DNA of 63,931 nucleotides, filler included, from Stramenopiles sp. TOSAG23-3 (lineage: Eukaryota), in assembly GCA_900128585.1 (NCBI GenBank). It is 3 parts of 3 records of this genome, joined end to end, with 100 filler letters (N's around TTAATTAATTAA, not from the genome) between each part and the next. Parts side by side here need not be neighbours in the genome. Positions count along the whole stretch, not along the records: positions 21,652 to 43,198 come from LT642355.1; 2 more parts are not named here. One strand, given 5' to 3'. The translations under genes were made by a program, and so were the position numbers. Of this stretch, positions 21,652-32,285 are shown piece after piece; positions within the stretch are counted from its first letter, which is position 1; each line of letters starts with the position of its first letter. Under the pieces are notes generated by a model. That model saw only the letters and a program-made list of their open reading frames with translations. It was not told the DNA's origin and searched no databases.

Positions 21652-21653
21652 GA

Positions 21654-21717
<64 letters not shown>

Positions 21718-21760
21718 AGAAGAAGAAGAAAGAAGAAGAACGAAAGGAGGAAGAAAAAGA
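21652..21760 (+). repeat. (GAAA)n/(GAA)n microsatellite at contig start
   Basis: Seen directly. Confidence 0.92.
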
Positions 21761-22249
21761 ATTTAAAAAAAAAAGATAGATTATTAGATATTTAATAAAA
21801 ATATTATTATTATTTTATTATTATATACTGACTAATAATTATACCAATATTCAACAACAGCCAACAACACCACCACCACACTGAAAAAAAAACCTTTTTC
21901 ATTTTCTTCACATATACGTACCTTCGGTAATATATATTCCCTCTCTATTTGTGTTGAAATGTTTAATATACTTCTGTCGTTGTAAGTTATTCGGTTTATG
22001 TAACGCTTTGACTAGAATTTAAACGGTTGGGTGGTGGAATTTATTTGTTCTTAGAGTCGAACTGGCTGGTTTAAAAAGGGAGGGTGGACCCCATAAATAT
22101 TGTATTGTATTGGGATCAGCGAGTATTGTGGCAAACCCGGCCATTGCCATCTCTTGTTTTCTTTCCTTGGAAAGCTACTGAAGGGGGTGCGATATAGAAG
22201 ACCGTGCACTGGGCGCATCCTTTGGATTGCTTTAGGCTGTGTTGTGATC

Positions 22250-23503
22250 ATGGCAAGTAGCTCGGAAACGAATTGTTGGAGTAGACTGCCCACTAAGATA
22301 AAAAACGAGGTGATTAACAAAGTAATAAGTCAAATGAGGAAAAATACTACACTCGAGACTCCACTTCGTCTTTTTGTGAAAAAGGAGCTGGTACAAGTTT
22401 ACAAGGCCTTGGCGGCCTACGTGCCGTCGTATGCCGTTCGCCTCACGTCTACTGATAGGCACGACGAGCTTGTTACAAAAGTAGGGGATCTAGTGAGCTT
22501 TATAGTCGCAAACCCTGCTGCGGTCCATAACGAGCCGTCGTGCCCGAAAAAGAAAAGGAAGCCGTCGCCGTCGTCGTCGTCGAAAAAATGTAAAAAAAAA
22601 ACGATCAAAAAACGGAAGCCCGCCATGCCACCACCAGCCGCTGCCCCGGTGGTGATGACCCCGCCGACCGTCTCCTCGTTGATAAGTATGGGGGCGTCTA
22701 GGGAGATTGCAAAAATGGCGCTGGGTGCATGTGGGCCAGACGTCGCGACGTGCCTGCAGTGGATCATGGCGCGCAACAGCGTTCCGCAGGGGAACGCGGG
22801 GGATGCGGCGGGGACTGTCGACCTTAGCTTGGTGGAAATAATGGAGAGGAAGGGGATTGCAAAGGAGGACGCGGAACGTGCCCTGCAGGAAAGCAACAAT
22901 AACCTTGATAACGCGCTGGTCATATACAAAAGGAATAAAGCTGAAGAAGACCGGCAAATCGAGGAGTCGTTTCAACTGGCGAAAGATACGGAAAAGCAGA
23001 AACGGCGCGCAGTGGCTGAACTGAAACGGAAAGGAAGCTTTGTCAACTGCAACCATTTTTGCGGTTCCCAGCTTATAGCGCAGGGGTCAAAGTGCCCGTC
23101 TTTCCTACGATTGGTTAACGGGCTGCCCGATTGCGAGGGCCAAGGGAGTGGGTCCCAGCAGCTGCCTTTCCATGCAAGCTTTCGGGCCTGTGTTTTTGAA
23201 CTGCTAAATTCCGAGCAACAATCGTACCAGTGGTACCGCAGTGCGGCCCAATCGTATTTTTCTACCATCGTTGTTCCTATGCTTGAAAAGGTTTGCACCA
23301 ACTTTACTACTTTTGGGAGTGAGAAGCAGGGGACATTGGTCAGCATCCACGAGCACATAAAGAGCGAAGTGCAGAAGCTTAAAAGTGGACTTTTTTCAAT
23401 GCCAGCCCAGGCTACGGGGTTTGTACCTGCAATCTTTGAACAGTTTGTAAAAAGTGACAACCAGGAGCCGGACTTGGAAAGAGATGGTCTGGAAATATTG
23501 TAG
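22250..23503 (+). CDS. Protein with two tandem UBA-like domains and a basic NLS-like segment
   Basis: VSSLISMGASREIAKMALGACGPDVATCLQWI and IMERKGIAKEDAERALQESNNNLDNAL; KKKRK motifs. ATG 22250. Confidence 0.75.
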   Translation: MASSSETNCWSRLPTKIKNEVINKVISQMRKNTTLETPLRLFVKKELVQVYKALAAYVPSYAVRLTSTDRHDELVTKVGDLVSFIVANPAAVHNEPSCPKKKRKPSPSSSSKKCKKKTIKKRKPAMPPPAAAPVVMTPPTVSSLISMGASREIAKMALGACGPDVATCLQWIMARNSVPQGNAGDAAGTVDLSLVEIMERKGIAKEDAERALQESNNNLDNALVIYKRNKAEEDRQIEESFQLAKDTEKQKRRAVAELKRKGSFVNCNHFCGSQLIAQGSKCPSFLRLVNGLPDCEGQGSGSQQLPFHASFRACVFELLNSEQQSYQWYRSAAQSYFSTIVVPMLEKVCTNFTTFGSEKQGTLVSIHEHIKSEVQKLKSGLFSMPAQATGFVPAIFEQFVKSDNQEPDLERDGLEIL

Positions 23504-24075
23504 AGTGTACAAAAAAAAAAATATTCAGTTAATAATAATTCAGACAATTATTAGGTCATCTTCAATTATAGAAATAATAATAGGCGTCCCGAGCGAAGGG
23601 GGTCATATTTTTTTATATCTACAAAAAAGTACCCGTAGTATTTACGTGGACCACATATTTTATTAAAATATATTTTTGTATTTACTTATTATTCTCGACT
23701 GCTCGCATTGGTACTATGATAAGACGAAATACGTGAATGACTTTGGCTTCAACGCCATCCGCATCCATCATCGATTGATTTTATTTATTATTAATTATTT
23801 TTTTATAAATTTTATTATTATTCTTCTTCATCCTCCTCTTCTTTTCTACGGTACCAAGGTACTTCTGGAGACATTCCAATTCCGCGCCTTTAAACCATAT
23901 GTACCAAAAATTGCCGGACCATTCGGTAAAATATTCGTCGGTTTGTTCATCGTTCGATGGTAAGACCCTAGACATTAAATCGATTGATCGTTTAATCTGA
24001 TTTTGATGTTTTTTGCTTGATATGTGCACGGTAGGTTTAGGTTTCGTTTTTGTTCTGAAAATTCGAGAGAAGATA

Positions 24076-25792
24076 ATGATGATGTTGTATTGTTTGCCGT
24101 TTCTTTTGTTGGCTTTTGGTACTGGTCACGGTCCCTTGGGGGGGGGGGGGCTTCTTTGGTACGGCTGAAGCGTACGACCCGAAGTTTGTGGACAACAATG
24201 CGTCGGTGCTGTGGTACGACCCACCAGGTTCGAAATTGTACAACGATTCGATGCCTAATTGGTACGACCGAATCAAGACTTGGTCGGGCAGCGACGGGAG
24301 CGGGTCCCAGTTCGTTTCTGGGGACTTTCACGTCGCTGCAAATATGAACAACGAGCATGGCGCAATCCACTTGTATGCCGACCCCCAGTTACTCCAAGAT
24401 TACGATGATAAACTGAGAAGCGTGAACGGCGACGCGGCATCGCGCGACAGTGCCGGTACGATTGACAGGTGTGGTTGGCCAAACCTGACCTCCACAAAGG
24501 CAAGCCCAGAGTCGCAGTATTACCGGCAGACCCAAGCGCTGCACGAAGACTTTTCGAAAGGCTTTCGCCCAGAAACTTTCTACGTCGCAAAAGTGAAGGG
24601 CTGCTGCGACGAGAACAAATACGCAACGAACAAGTTTGAAAAGAACATTAACGTCGAAAAGGACGTCGTCAACGGCGTCGAAAAGAACGTTTTGGCGATG
24701 ACTGCGTGGAACGCCGACAACCCGGACCGGTGCCCCGGTGACGGTTGCTTCAAGGACGTGTCTTCCAATGCGGCCATAGTGTCTGCCGACATTTTTGGTT
24801 CGGGGCGTTACGAGGTCATTGCCAAGGTTGCGAATGCAAGCGGGCTGGTCTGGGCCATCTGGACGTTTCATTACTCAGAGCACTTGCCAAACGACTGCGC
24901 CAGATACAGCTGCTACTGCAATGGTATGCCGAACAAGAAGGTCCAGACCGATGACAATTGTGAGTTTCGCGCAGATGGGACTGGCAGGCCTTGTAAATTC
25001 AAGAACTTGTGCGACAACAACACGGACGGGTGGAGTCCGGTGCCACCCCCCCCTCCCCCGCTCATGACTCCCGAAGAGTGTGGAAAGCAGCACGAAGACT
25101 CGGATCCTCAATTTTTAGGCAACAGCACGTTTGGAGGCTGGGAAACCACAGTGAACCATGAAATCGACATTGAAATACCGGCAAACTGCGAAGGGAGCAC
25201 CAACGTTTGCGGAAGAGAAGTCCCAGGAGTGAAGGGGGCCAAAAGCTGCAATGGCGATTATTCAACGACGAACCTGAACAATTACATTTATTCCCAAAAT
25301 TCAGGCACGGGCCCTGCGTACAGCAACGGGTGCGTAAAGGTTACCTCGACGGAGGACGGGTCCCCGTACCAGCTTATTGGGGATGGAAAGTACCACAACT
25401 ACACCATTGTTTGGCACACGGGGGACAAGGAAAATGGGAAGCCTGGTTGGACGGAGTTCTATATTGACGGCATCTTTCTGGGCATCAACAATGCCTTTGT
25501 ACCCTCCCGGGGCAGCCGGTTTTTCATCTCTCACTGGTACCCCTCCGGCCAGAAAAATGCCATCTGGAACGGCCGCCCAAACCACTGGGGTGGAGGGACA
25601 CCAGGCGATGGCAAAGTCTACAACATGACCACGTACGTGTCTGAGATTCGAATCACCCCGTTTGACGAGCCCAACGACATCATGGAAGTCAGTTCCGCCG
25701 ATCAGCCGGACGGCTGCCAAACCTTTTACCAACAGAAATACCCAAACGATTGCCACCCACATTGGGAAGCGCAAGAAATCCCGTCCCCCTAG
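24076..25792 (+). CDS. Secreted GH16-like glycoside hydrolase with Cys-rich inserts; one-base frameshift at G13 run 24138-24150
   Basis: Catalytic EIDIE motif, GSGRYEVIAKV, GLVWAIWTF and YHNYTIVWH. ATG 24076 gives signal peptide MMMLYCLPFLLLAFG, which joins the main frame if one G is removed. Confidence 0.8.
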
Positions 25793-26520
25793 AAGATACA
25801 TAGACAACAAAATAGAAATGTGGGGATAATAAGGGTTTAAACTGCACAAATATACTGATTGAATTCTGGTTCAAGAATTACTGATTACTTACCATACTTC
25901 TTTAAAGAAAGTTATTGTAGCTGTTAAGAATAAAAGATAGGCAACGATGGAGGAAGTTAAAAGTTGCGTTGTACCAAGTAGTACATTTATTATATATCTT
26001 CGACGATACAATATGTTAGGGTTGAGATTGGGATGGATCGACACTATTACAATACTATAACCCTACTATTATACCGCTTCGATTTTATAAACAAATAAAT
26101 ATGAATATATGATGATGAGGAGATGGATGATCGATGGGGGAGGCAGGATGGGGGATGATTTTTTTTTTCTTTTTTTTCATCATCACGAGACGACGCCACG
26201 CCGATTATTACAAACTTTTTAACAGTCCGTCCGTTCTTTTTGCTTGTTGCAACGATGCAACAACAACAAAAACAAGAATGCATGAGCGACACTTGCTGAT
26301 TGTATAGCACTGCGTAGGAAGAGAAGTAAATCTTGCAAGGGATTATATTTTGGTTTTGATTGGAGTATTTTACTGTGGAAATTGCCATCAGCTGCTGATC
26401 TGTCGGTGGTGGGGCGTTGGAAACTGTTTGCCGCGGGGTGGAACGATTGGACTTTCGAGTGGGTGCAGTGGTGCTGGTCGTCGCCCATTATCCAGTAATT
26501 AGTTTTGGAAAAGCCGAGCA

Positions 26521-27219
26521 ATGAAGATACCACTTGTTTTAGAGCGTATGAAAAAGGGCATACCGCCTGCGACTGCGGAAGAATACCTCCTGCGCGTTCG
26601 CTTAGAGGGGGAACAAATACCGAAAGTGGTAGTTGCTGAAGAACTTGCAGCGCGAAATGAAACGAGGAAATACGTACAGAAGGAGGACGTGGTCGTGGAA
26701 GAACGGCATGATGTTAATAGAATAGATGTTGGATGGTCGCGATCTTGTACGTTGATATTCAACCAAGCTCGAACATATTTGTCCAGAATGGACTGTAGCA
26801 GTGGGACGGATAGTAAAACGTTGTGCCGGGTCCCCGGGGCTAATAACCCAGAACTTTGGCACCATTTTTGTTTCGGTAGATTTACAAACGGTTCAACGTT
26901 GGAACACAAGGAGGCGGGGACCCCGCCACTGCTCGGTGTAGTTTCTCAATTGACTGCGGGCAATGCGCTCACTCTTCTTAGGTACCACCTTGGCTGGCTG
27001 GAATGGGCAAAGCTGTCCCGATCGAGGGCGTGCTGGATTTATGCGCTTCTACTACGGGTTGAAAAGCCGTTGAATGATACGAGCGGACCGTTGCTGCGCG
27101 ATCTCGAGGCCAAGTTCCGTTCTCTGGAGCAGCAAGCCTTGCAAGAATCTGACGAACCAACCTTGCAAAACGCCAGGGTTCTTCTAGTGGTTACCACGAG
27201 TTATTTCGGCCAGAGATGA
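26521..27219 (+). CDS. GEMIN2: Gemin2/SIP1 (SMN complex); N-terminus uncertain
   Basis: PPATAEEYLLRVRLE, ELWHHFCFG, WIYALLLRVEKPL and terminal YFGQ. Confidence 0.9.
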   Translation: MKIPLVLERMKKGIPPATAEEYLLRVRLEGEQIPKVVVAEELAARNETRKYVQKEDVVVEERHDVNRIDVGWSRSCTLIFNQARTYLSRMDCSSGTDSKTLCRVPGANNPELWHHFCFGRFTNGSTLEHKEAGTPPLLGVVSQLTAGNALTLLRYHLGWLEWAKLSRSRACWIYALLLRVEKPLNDTSGPLLRDLEAKFRSLEQQALQESDEPTLQNARVLLVVTTSYFGQR

Positions 27220-27581
27220 TGAGTGAGTGCAACGATCGGAGGGGGGGGGGGGCACGTAAAGAAAATGGAAATAAATATTTTAAGGCGTGGGAAGGAAAGG
27301 TTGCTGCAGATAAAAGTTCGTTAAAACGACCGGGTTCAACGTCGGTGGCGTGTTAATATTTTGTTCCCCAAATCGAAGACGTAAAAGGTAACACCCTCTA
27401 AAAATTCAATCTGTTGTTTATTTGTTTTTTTAACTAGAATTTTCAGTAATATTATTTTTACCTAAAACATTTTAATAAAATAAAGTGTGTTTCCATTCGA
27501 TTGCAACCGTGTTAAATTTAACGTCACACACAAATAAATGTTAATCAATTTTGTGAGATTGTAAACCAATGACTAACTTAA

Positions 27582-27666
27582 AAAAACAAAAAATTGGCTG
27601 TTATTAAAAACAAGAAAATTGGCTTGTTATTAAAAACAAAAAATTGGCTGTTATTTAAGTAATTAA
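27582..27666. repeat. Three tandem copies of the 24-26-bp AAAAACAA(G)AAAATTGGCTGTTATT unit
   Basis: Same unit and similar TAAGT..AATTA tail as at 2737-2800. Confidence 0.9.
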
Positions 27667-27858
27667 AATTTAGCTTTCTCGTGTACCGCAAAAATGAATC
27701 TGCTCAGCATTTGTCCACTAGAGGTTTACATTCCTTCGTGTACTGCGAACTGATCTCAAATTTTTGTAGGTCAATTTCCGGCCATTAGTTTGCTTTCCTG
27801 TGCCCTGTTCTGCCCAGGGCAGCACTTTTCTCGGTACATGTTATGCATACTTCATCGA

Positions 27859-28186
27859 TCAATCGTCCGTGCCTACTGCATCCTCAAGTGCTGCCATCCT
27901 ATGGTCAAGCCCTTCGATCTGTGTGACCAGCGCCGCCTTCTGCGCCTTCTGCGCAATGACTTGGTTCTGCAACTGCTTGTTTTGAACGACAATAAACGCG
28001 TGTTTAAACTGCAAATCCTCTTTTATCTTCTCTACGTGTTTTCGGACTTTCTCCTGGACCGTTCTCCTCCCTCAAGGTTTTGATAATTTCCCCTTGCTGC
28101 CGAATGGTTTCCTCCGCTGCCTTCAGGCTAACTTCACATTTCAAGACCCTGTCTTTCACGGTCCCTTGAGCTTGATCTGCAGACAT
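27859..28186 (-). CDS. Small coiled-coil protein (about 108 aa) interrupted by a one-base frameshift near 28059-28071
   Basis: ORF MSADQAQGTVK...IKTLREEN continues in the +1 frame as VQEKVRKHVEKIKEDLQFKHAFIVVQNKQLQNQVIAQKAQKAALVTQIEGLDHRMAALEDAVGTDD*. Span is 328 nt = 109 codons + 1. Confidence 0.7.
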
Positions 28187-29157
28187 GATCGATCCAACAC
28201 CCTATCCCAAACAAACAAACAAATAATTTTTTATTATAAATGATTCTAATTAATCCCCAAATACAGAGATAAATGTAAATAAAAGCAATAATTCAACGAT
28301 GAAACATGTAAAAAAAATCAATACATGCAATTACATTTCATTTTACACAGCAATTTCATATAATCCTAAATCAGAAATGATTAATTATTTATATAACGAA
28401 CTCTTCTATCATCTTTTCTTCTTTCGTTCTTCTTTTTTTCTTCTTATCATTTTTTTTTATCTTCTCATGTTATTATTATGTTATATAAATAAATAATATT
28501 CTATTTTTAAATTTTTTTAAATTAAATTTCTTTTTTTTTCTTCATAAATAACTCATAACAAAACAACAAACAACAAATGAAAATCCGTTGAATGATTAAT
28601 GAATGCATGAATGAATGAATGAATGAAGGCATTTATAGAAGAAAGATGAATGAAGAAGAAATCACTGAAATATAAATAAATAAATTATTTTTTATTAATT
28701 TTTATTAATAATTATTATTATTAAAATTTTAAATGTTATTATTTTGTACCTCGTAGTAGTATAGGCTCCAGCTTTTGAGCATACATAATCACAACAACAC
28801 TAAAAACTTAATAATAATTACCCAATACTATTGTTCGTGTTGGGTAGTAGGTTTAGACTGTGCTTATTATATACCAATACTCTATTTCTTAAATTATTTA
28901 TTATTTATATTTATACTACTTACTATAATAACAAAAGAAGAAGGTTCTTCTTCTTCATTTTTGTGATTGTTTTGTTTTGATAAAATGGATGGATGGATAG
29001 AAAGAAAGAAGAGGGAGGGGGGGGGACAATTGTTTACTCCTTCCGTGCTTTTTTCGAAGTGATTCGTTCCCTGCTTCCTCTTCTTTTTTTATTTCGCCGG
29101 TGTAATCGTTGTGCGTTCGGGAATACAGACCTAAACCACCACCACCACCTTGCCAAA

Positions 29158-30156
29158 ATGGCGTTTCTTGCCGAGGATAACGTTGAAGCGGAAGTTGGTG
29201 TAGAAGAAAACTACTCGTCCGTCAGTACGGAGGAGAACCCGAACGTGATTCTTGCGACTGCCGGTTACGACCATGTCATCAAATTTTGGGACCCGCAAAC
29301 GGGGAGCTGCTACCGGGATTTGCAATTCCTAGATTCACAGGTCAACTGCCTGAAGATCAGCCACGATAGGAGGTTCCTGGCCGCCGCGGGCAACCCGCAC
29401 GTCCGGCTGTACGAAATAAACAGCCGCGCGAACACGCACCTGACGACGTACAGCCAGCACAAAGGGAACGTCACAAGCTTGGAGTTTCAAAGCGATGGAA
29501 AGACCATGTATACCGGCAGCGAAGATGGGACGGTCAAAATATGGGATATGCGCCAAGGGAATGTCGCGTGCGAGATCAACAACGGGGCGCCTGTAAATGA
29601 AATAGCGTTGCACCCGAACGAGTCCGAGCTCGTCCTGTGCGACCAGAACGGGCGCGTCCGCGTCTGGGACTTGTACAAAAATGGCCCCGTCCCGAAGGCG
29701 GAGAATAGCCCAGGCGGGAGCACAGCGGTGCGTTCGATTAGTATAGGCGCCGACGGGTGCACTGGGGTTGCGTGCAACAACAAGGGGAACGTGTATTTTT
29801 GGGATGCGAACAAGCCCAGCCTGGAGTTCGAAAAGCTCGGGACGCCCGCCCACCCCGGCCACTATATATTGAAATGTAAATTAAGCCCCGACGGGGCTTT
29901 TTTGGCAACGACCAGCTCCGACCATTCGATAAAGCTGTGGAACGTAGCCGACAGGACGCTGTACAAAACCCTGAACAACCACCAACGATGGGTATGGGAC
30001 TGCACCTTCTCTGCCGACTCCTCGTACCTGGTCACATGCAGTTCGGACCAAACCGCAAGGCTGTGGGAAGTCAATCGCGGGGAAGTCATCCGGCACTACG
30101 CGGGCCACCACAAAGCTGTCATTGCCGTCGCGTTGAACGACACTTCCCCGGGCTAA
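29158..30156 (+). CDS. LST8: TOR complex subunit LST8 (WD40)
   Basis: VILATAGYDHVIKFW, DSQVNCL, MYTGSEDGTVKIWD, HQRWVWDCTFSADSSYLVT and GHHKAVIAVALND. ATG 29158. Confidence 0.96.
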   Translation: MAFLAEDNVEAEVGVEENYSSVSTEENPNVILATAGYDHVIKFWDPQTGSCYRDLQFLDSQVNCLKISHDRRFLAAAGNPHVRLYEINSRANTHLTTYSQHKGNVTSLEFQSDGKTMYTGSEDGTVKIWDMRQGNVACEINNGAPVNEIALHPNESELVLCDQNGRVRVWDLYKNGPVPKAENSPGGSTAVRSISIGADGCTGVACNNKGNVYFWDANKPSLEFEKLGTPAHPGHYILKCKLSPDGAFLATTSSDHSIKLWNVADRTLYKTLNNHQRWVWDCTFSADSSYLVTCSSDQTARLWEVNRGEVIRHYAGHHKAVIAVALNDTSPG

Positions 30157-31536
30157 ACGGTGCGGTATGGGTTCATATTGACGGTGTGTTGTGGTGTCTT
30201 GGGTTTCCGTTGAAATGATGACACTTTCTTGAATGGATATAGATGAAAAATTAATGATTTAATTTTAACGTAAATTATGGAATGTTTACAACTTTCATAA
30301 ATAACATTTATTATTATTTTTGTAAAAAAAAAATAAAGGCTTACACAGTATTATTTTATTTTATTTTATCTTCTATACTACATATAAGATGCTAATGTTT
30401 AAACAAACCAATTGGTACAATCATAAATATAGAGACTACTATCATCTTACTATAATACTACCGGTATTAATACCCGTACGTAGCTATTAAAGACACTATT
30501 TTAAATACCTCCCTCCTCCTTGGATTTTAGTTATATATTTTAAATAGTAGTATTATTATACGTTCTTCTAACTTCTAATCAGCACAGTTTTTATTTATTA
30601 TTATTTTTTTATTTTTTATTTTTTGGTTCTTTTTTTTTATATAAAAAATAATATCTTCTATTTTTTGTTGCGATCATCTATTATTATCTTTTCTTACATC
30701 ATAGATACAAAAAAGGTAAGGTACGGTAGGAATCTATGGCATTACCAAGTGAACGATCTTTCTCTCATTCTTTCGTTATTCTTCGGAAGTACTTGAGCCT
30801 CCTGTCCCTTACTTTGTACATGATTTGTTCTATTCTCCTTATTTATATGCTGTGTCCTTCATTTAAAAATTGAGGAGAGTTGAAATGATCCTTCGAGTAA
30901 ATCGATCAATCAAAACGGGGGGGGGCAAAAGGATACCCTATTATTATCACTAACTAAACAAATCAACAAAACAAGAAAAGAAAAGAAAATCATACTGTAC
31001 TTAATATTAACTAATTTAATTAAGTATTATTATGTATAAATAAATAATATATTAATCATTAGTTTATTGTTGTATTCATATTATTATTATAATAAAGTTT
31101 AAATATTTAATTTATATTATTTTTATTTTAAGATTATGGGGACCGACCTTAATTATTGAAGAAATTATGTTATTATATAGGACAATATTATACGTAGACT
31201 ATGGAACTATATTATTCTACTGTTAAATTTAGAAGATGTTCAAACTTTCTTATTTTTTTGTCAGTTGTATAACATCGAATAGCATTGAGAAAAGAAAGAA
31301 ATTAGAATGAGATAATGACCAAATAATAATAATTACATACAATTGGATTGGGAGAGCATTTTACAGTTGCACGGACTTTGTTGCAGTGCACAGGTTCGTT
31401 CCGATGGCAATTTTGAGTGCGTGAATTCGTCGCACGGAAGTATACGAAGGACAGAAATTGTGTCATAGATTACCATCGATATATATTTTGATACATCGCG
31501 CATTTCATTTGTATTAGTGTAGTTAAGAACGCAACA

Positions 31537-31992
31537 ATGAGAGTAGTAATCGTATTTATGCTTGCGGCAGTTGCAGCAGCAGGCTCCCTAAAGGGCTCTG
31601 CCAGTCCCGCTGGTCCAGTCGACTGGCCAGCGAAGCAACGCCCGGCCCCAGCTGGTGGCCCCGGTGAGTTCGTGCCTTTCGGAAAAGCGATCCCACGCTC
31701 GCCATCAAAGACATATTACACTGCCACAGGAGTACAAGAATGTGGGATTTGCAAGGGTATCATCGCCCAGGCAGCCCAGCACGGTGCGTCTTTCTATGAG
31801 CTTTGCGGTGGCCACGTCCCTGAGTTCAAGGCTATGTGCCACGCCCAACAGAAAACCCTACAGGCGTGCCCAGAATACATTAATAACTGGTGCTACCAAG
31901 ACTTGGGTGGCTCCCAGAAACTTCGTTCCCCTTGCCCAGACCACCTGAAGTGCCACTATTGCTTAGGTCTGAACCCACTTCACTGTGCTTAG
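31537..31992 (+). CDS. Small secreted Cys-rich protein, saposin-B-like
   Basis: Signal peptide MRVVIVFMLAAVAAAG; CGICK...ELC...AMC spacing; 10 Cys in the mature region; codon usage typical of real genes. Confidence 0.7.
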   Translation: MRVVIVFMLAAVAAAGSLKGSASPAGPVDWPAKQRPAPAGGPGEFVPFGKAIPRSPSKTYYTATGVQECGICKGIIAQAAQHGASFYELCGGHVPEFKAMCHAQQKTLQACPEYINNWCYQDLGGSQKLRSPCPDHLKCHYCLGLNPLHCA

Positions 31993-32285
31993 AATGGCGA
32001 ACTGTTAATTTAGTCGAAATTTGGTAAGATAAAATACTTAGGTTTTATATAAACGAGAGAGAGTAGTGGCGCAAGGGTGCAGGTGGCCGGGGGCGTGAGC
32101 GTTTCGCGGGGTCGAACGCCAAGGCCAAGATGTAGCGCGGTGCGTTAAATGTGTTCGTTGCTGAAAGATGAGATAAATAAATACTTTTTGTAAAAAAAAC
32201 AAGAGATTATTTATAGTCATATTTGAACCTAACAATTGCTCCACACTGTGTACAGGTCGGAGAACAGAACTTCTTTCTTCTCTAC

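Noticed and set aside
23695..23775. Short frame HWYYDKTKYVNDFGFNAIRIH resembling a glycoside-hydrolase strand motif
   Set aside because: Under 30 aa, with no ATG start or continuation; cannot be distinguished from chance.
2737..27655. 25-bp repeats as a CRISPR array
   Set aside because: The units are directly tandem with no spacers, there are no cas genes, and the context is eukaryotic.
30885..30895. GAAGGATCATT (minus strand), matching the 18S rRNA 3' end
   Set aside because: No upstream 18S sequence (GTAGGTGAACCTGCG), so it is not rDNA.
30927..30936. U12-type donor-like GTATCCTTTT on the minus strand
   Set aside because: No upstream exon and no convincing TCCTTAAC branch site.
31409..31435. 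Sm-site-like AATTTTGA followed by a GTGCG/CGCAC stem
   Set aside because: No recognisable U1, U2, U4 or U5 5' elements; the stem is short and lies in the promoter/5' UTR of the next gene.
32093..32120. SECIS-like GTGA...GA core
   Set aside because: The upper helix is too short, there is no apical AA, and neither flanking gene has an in-frame TGA.
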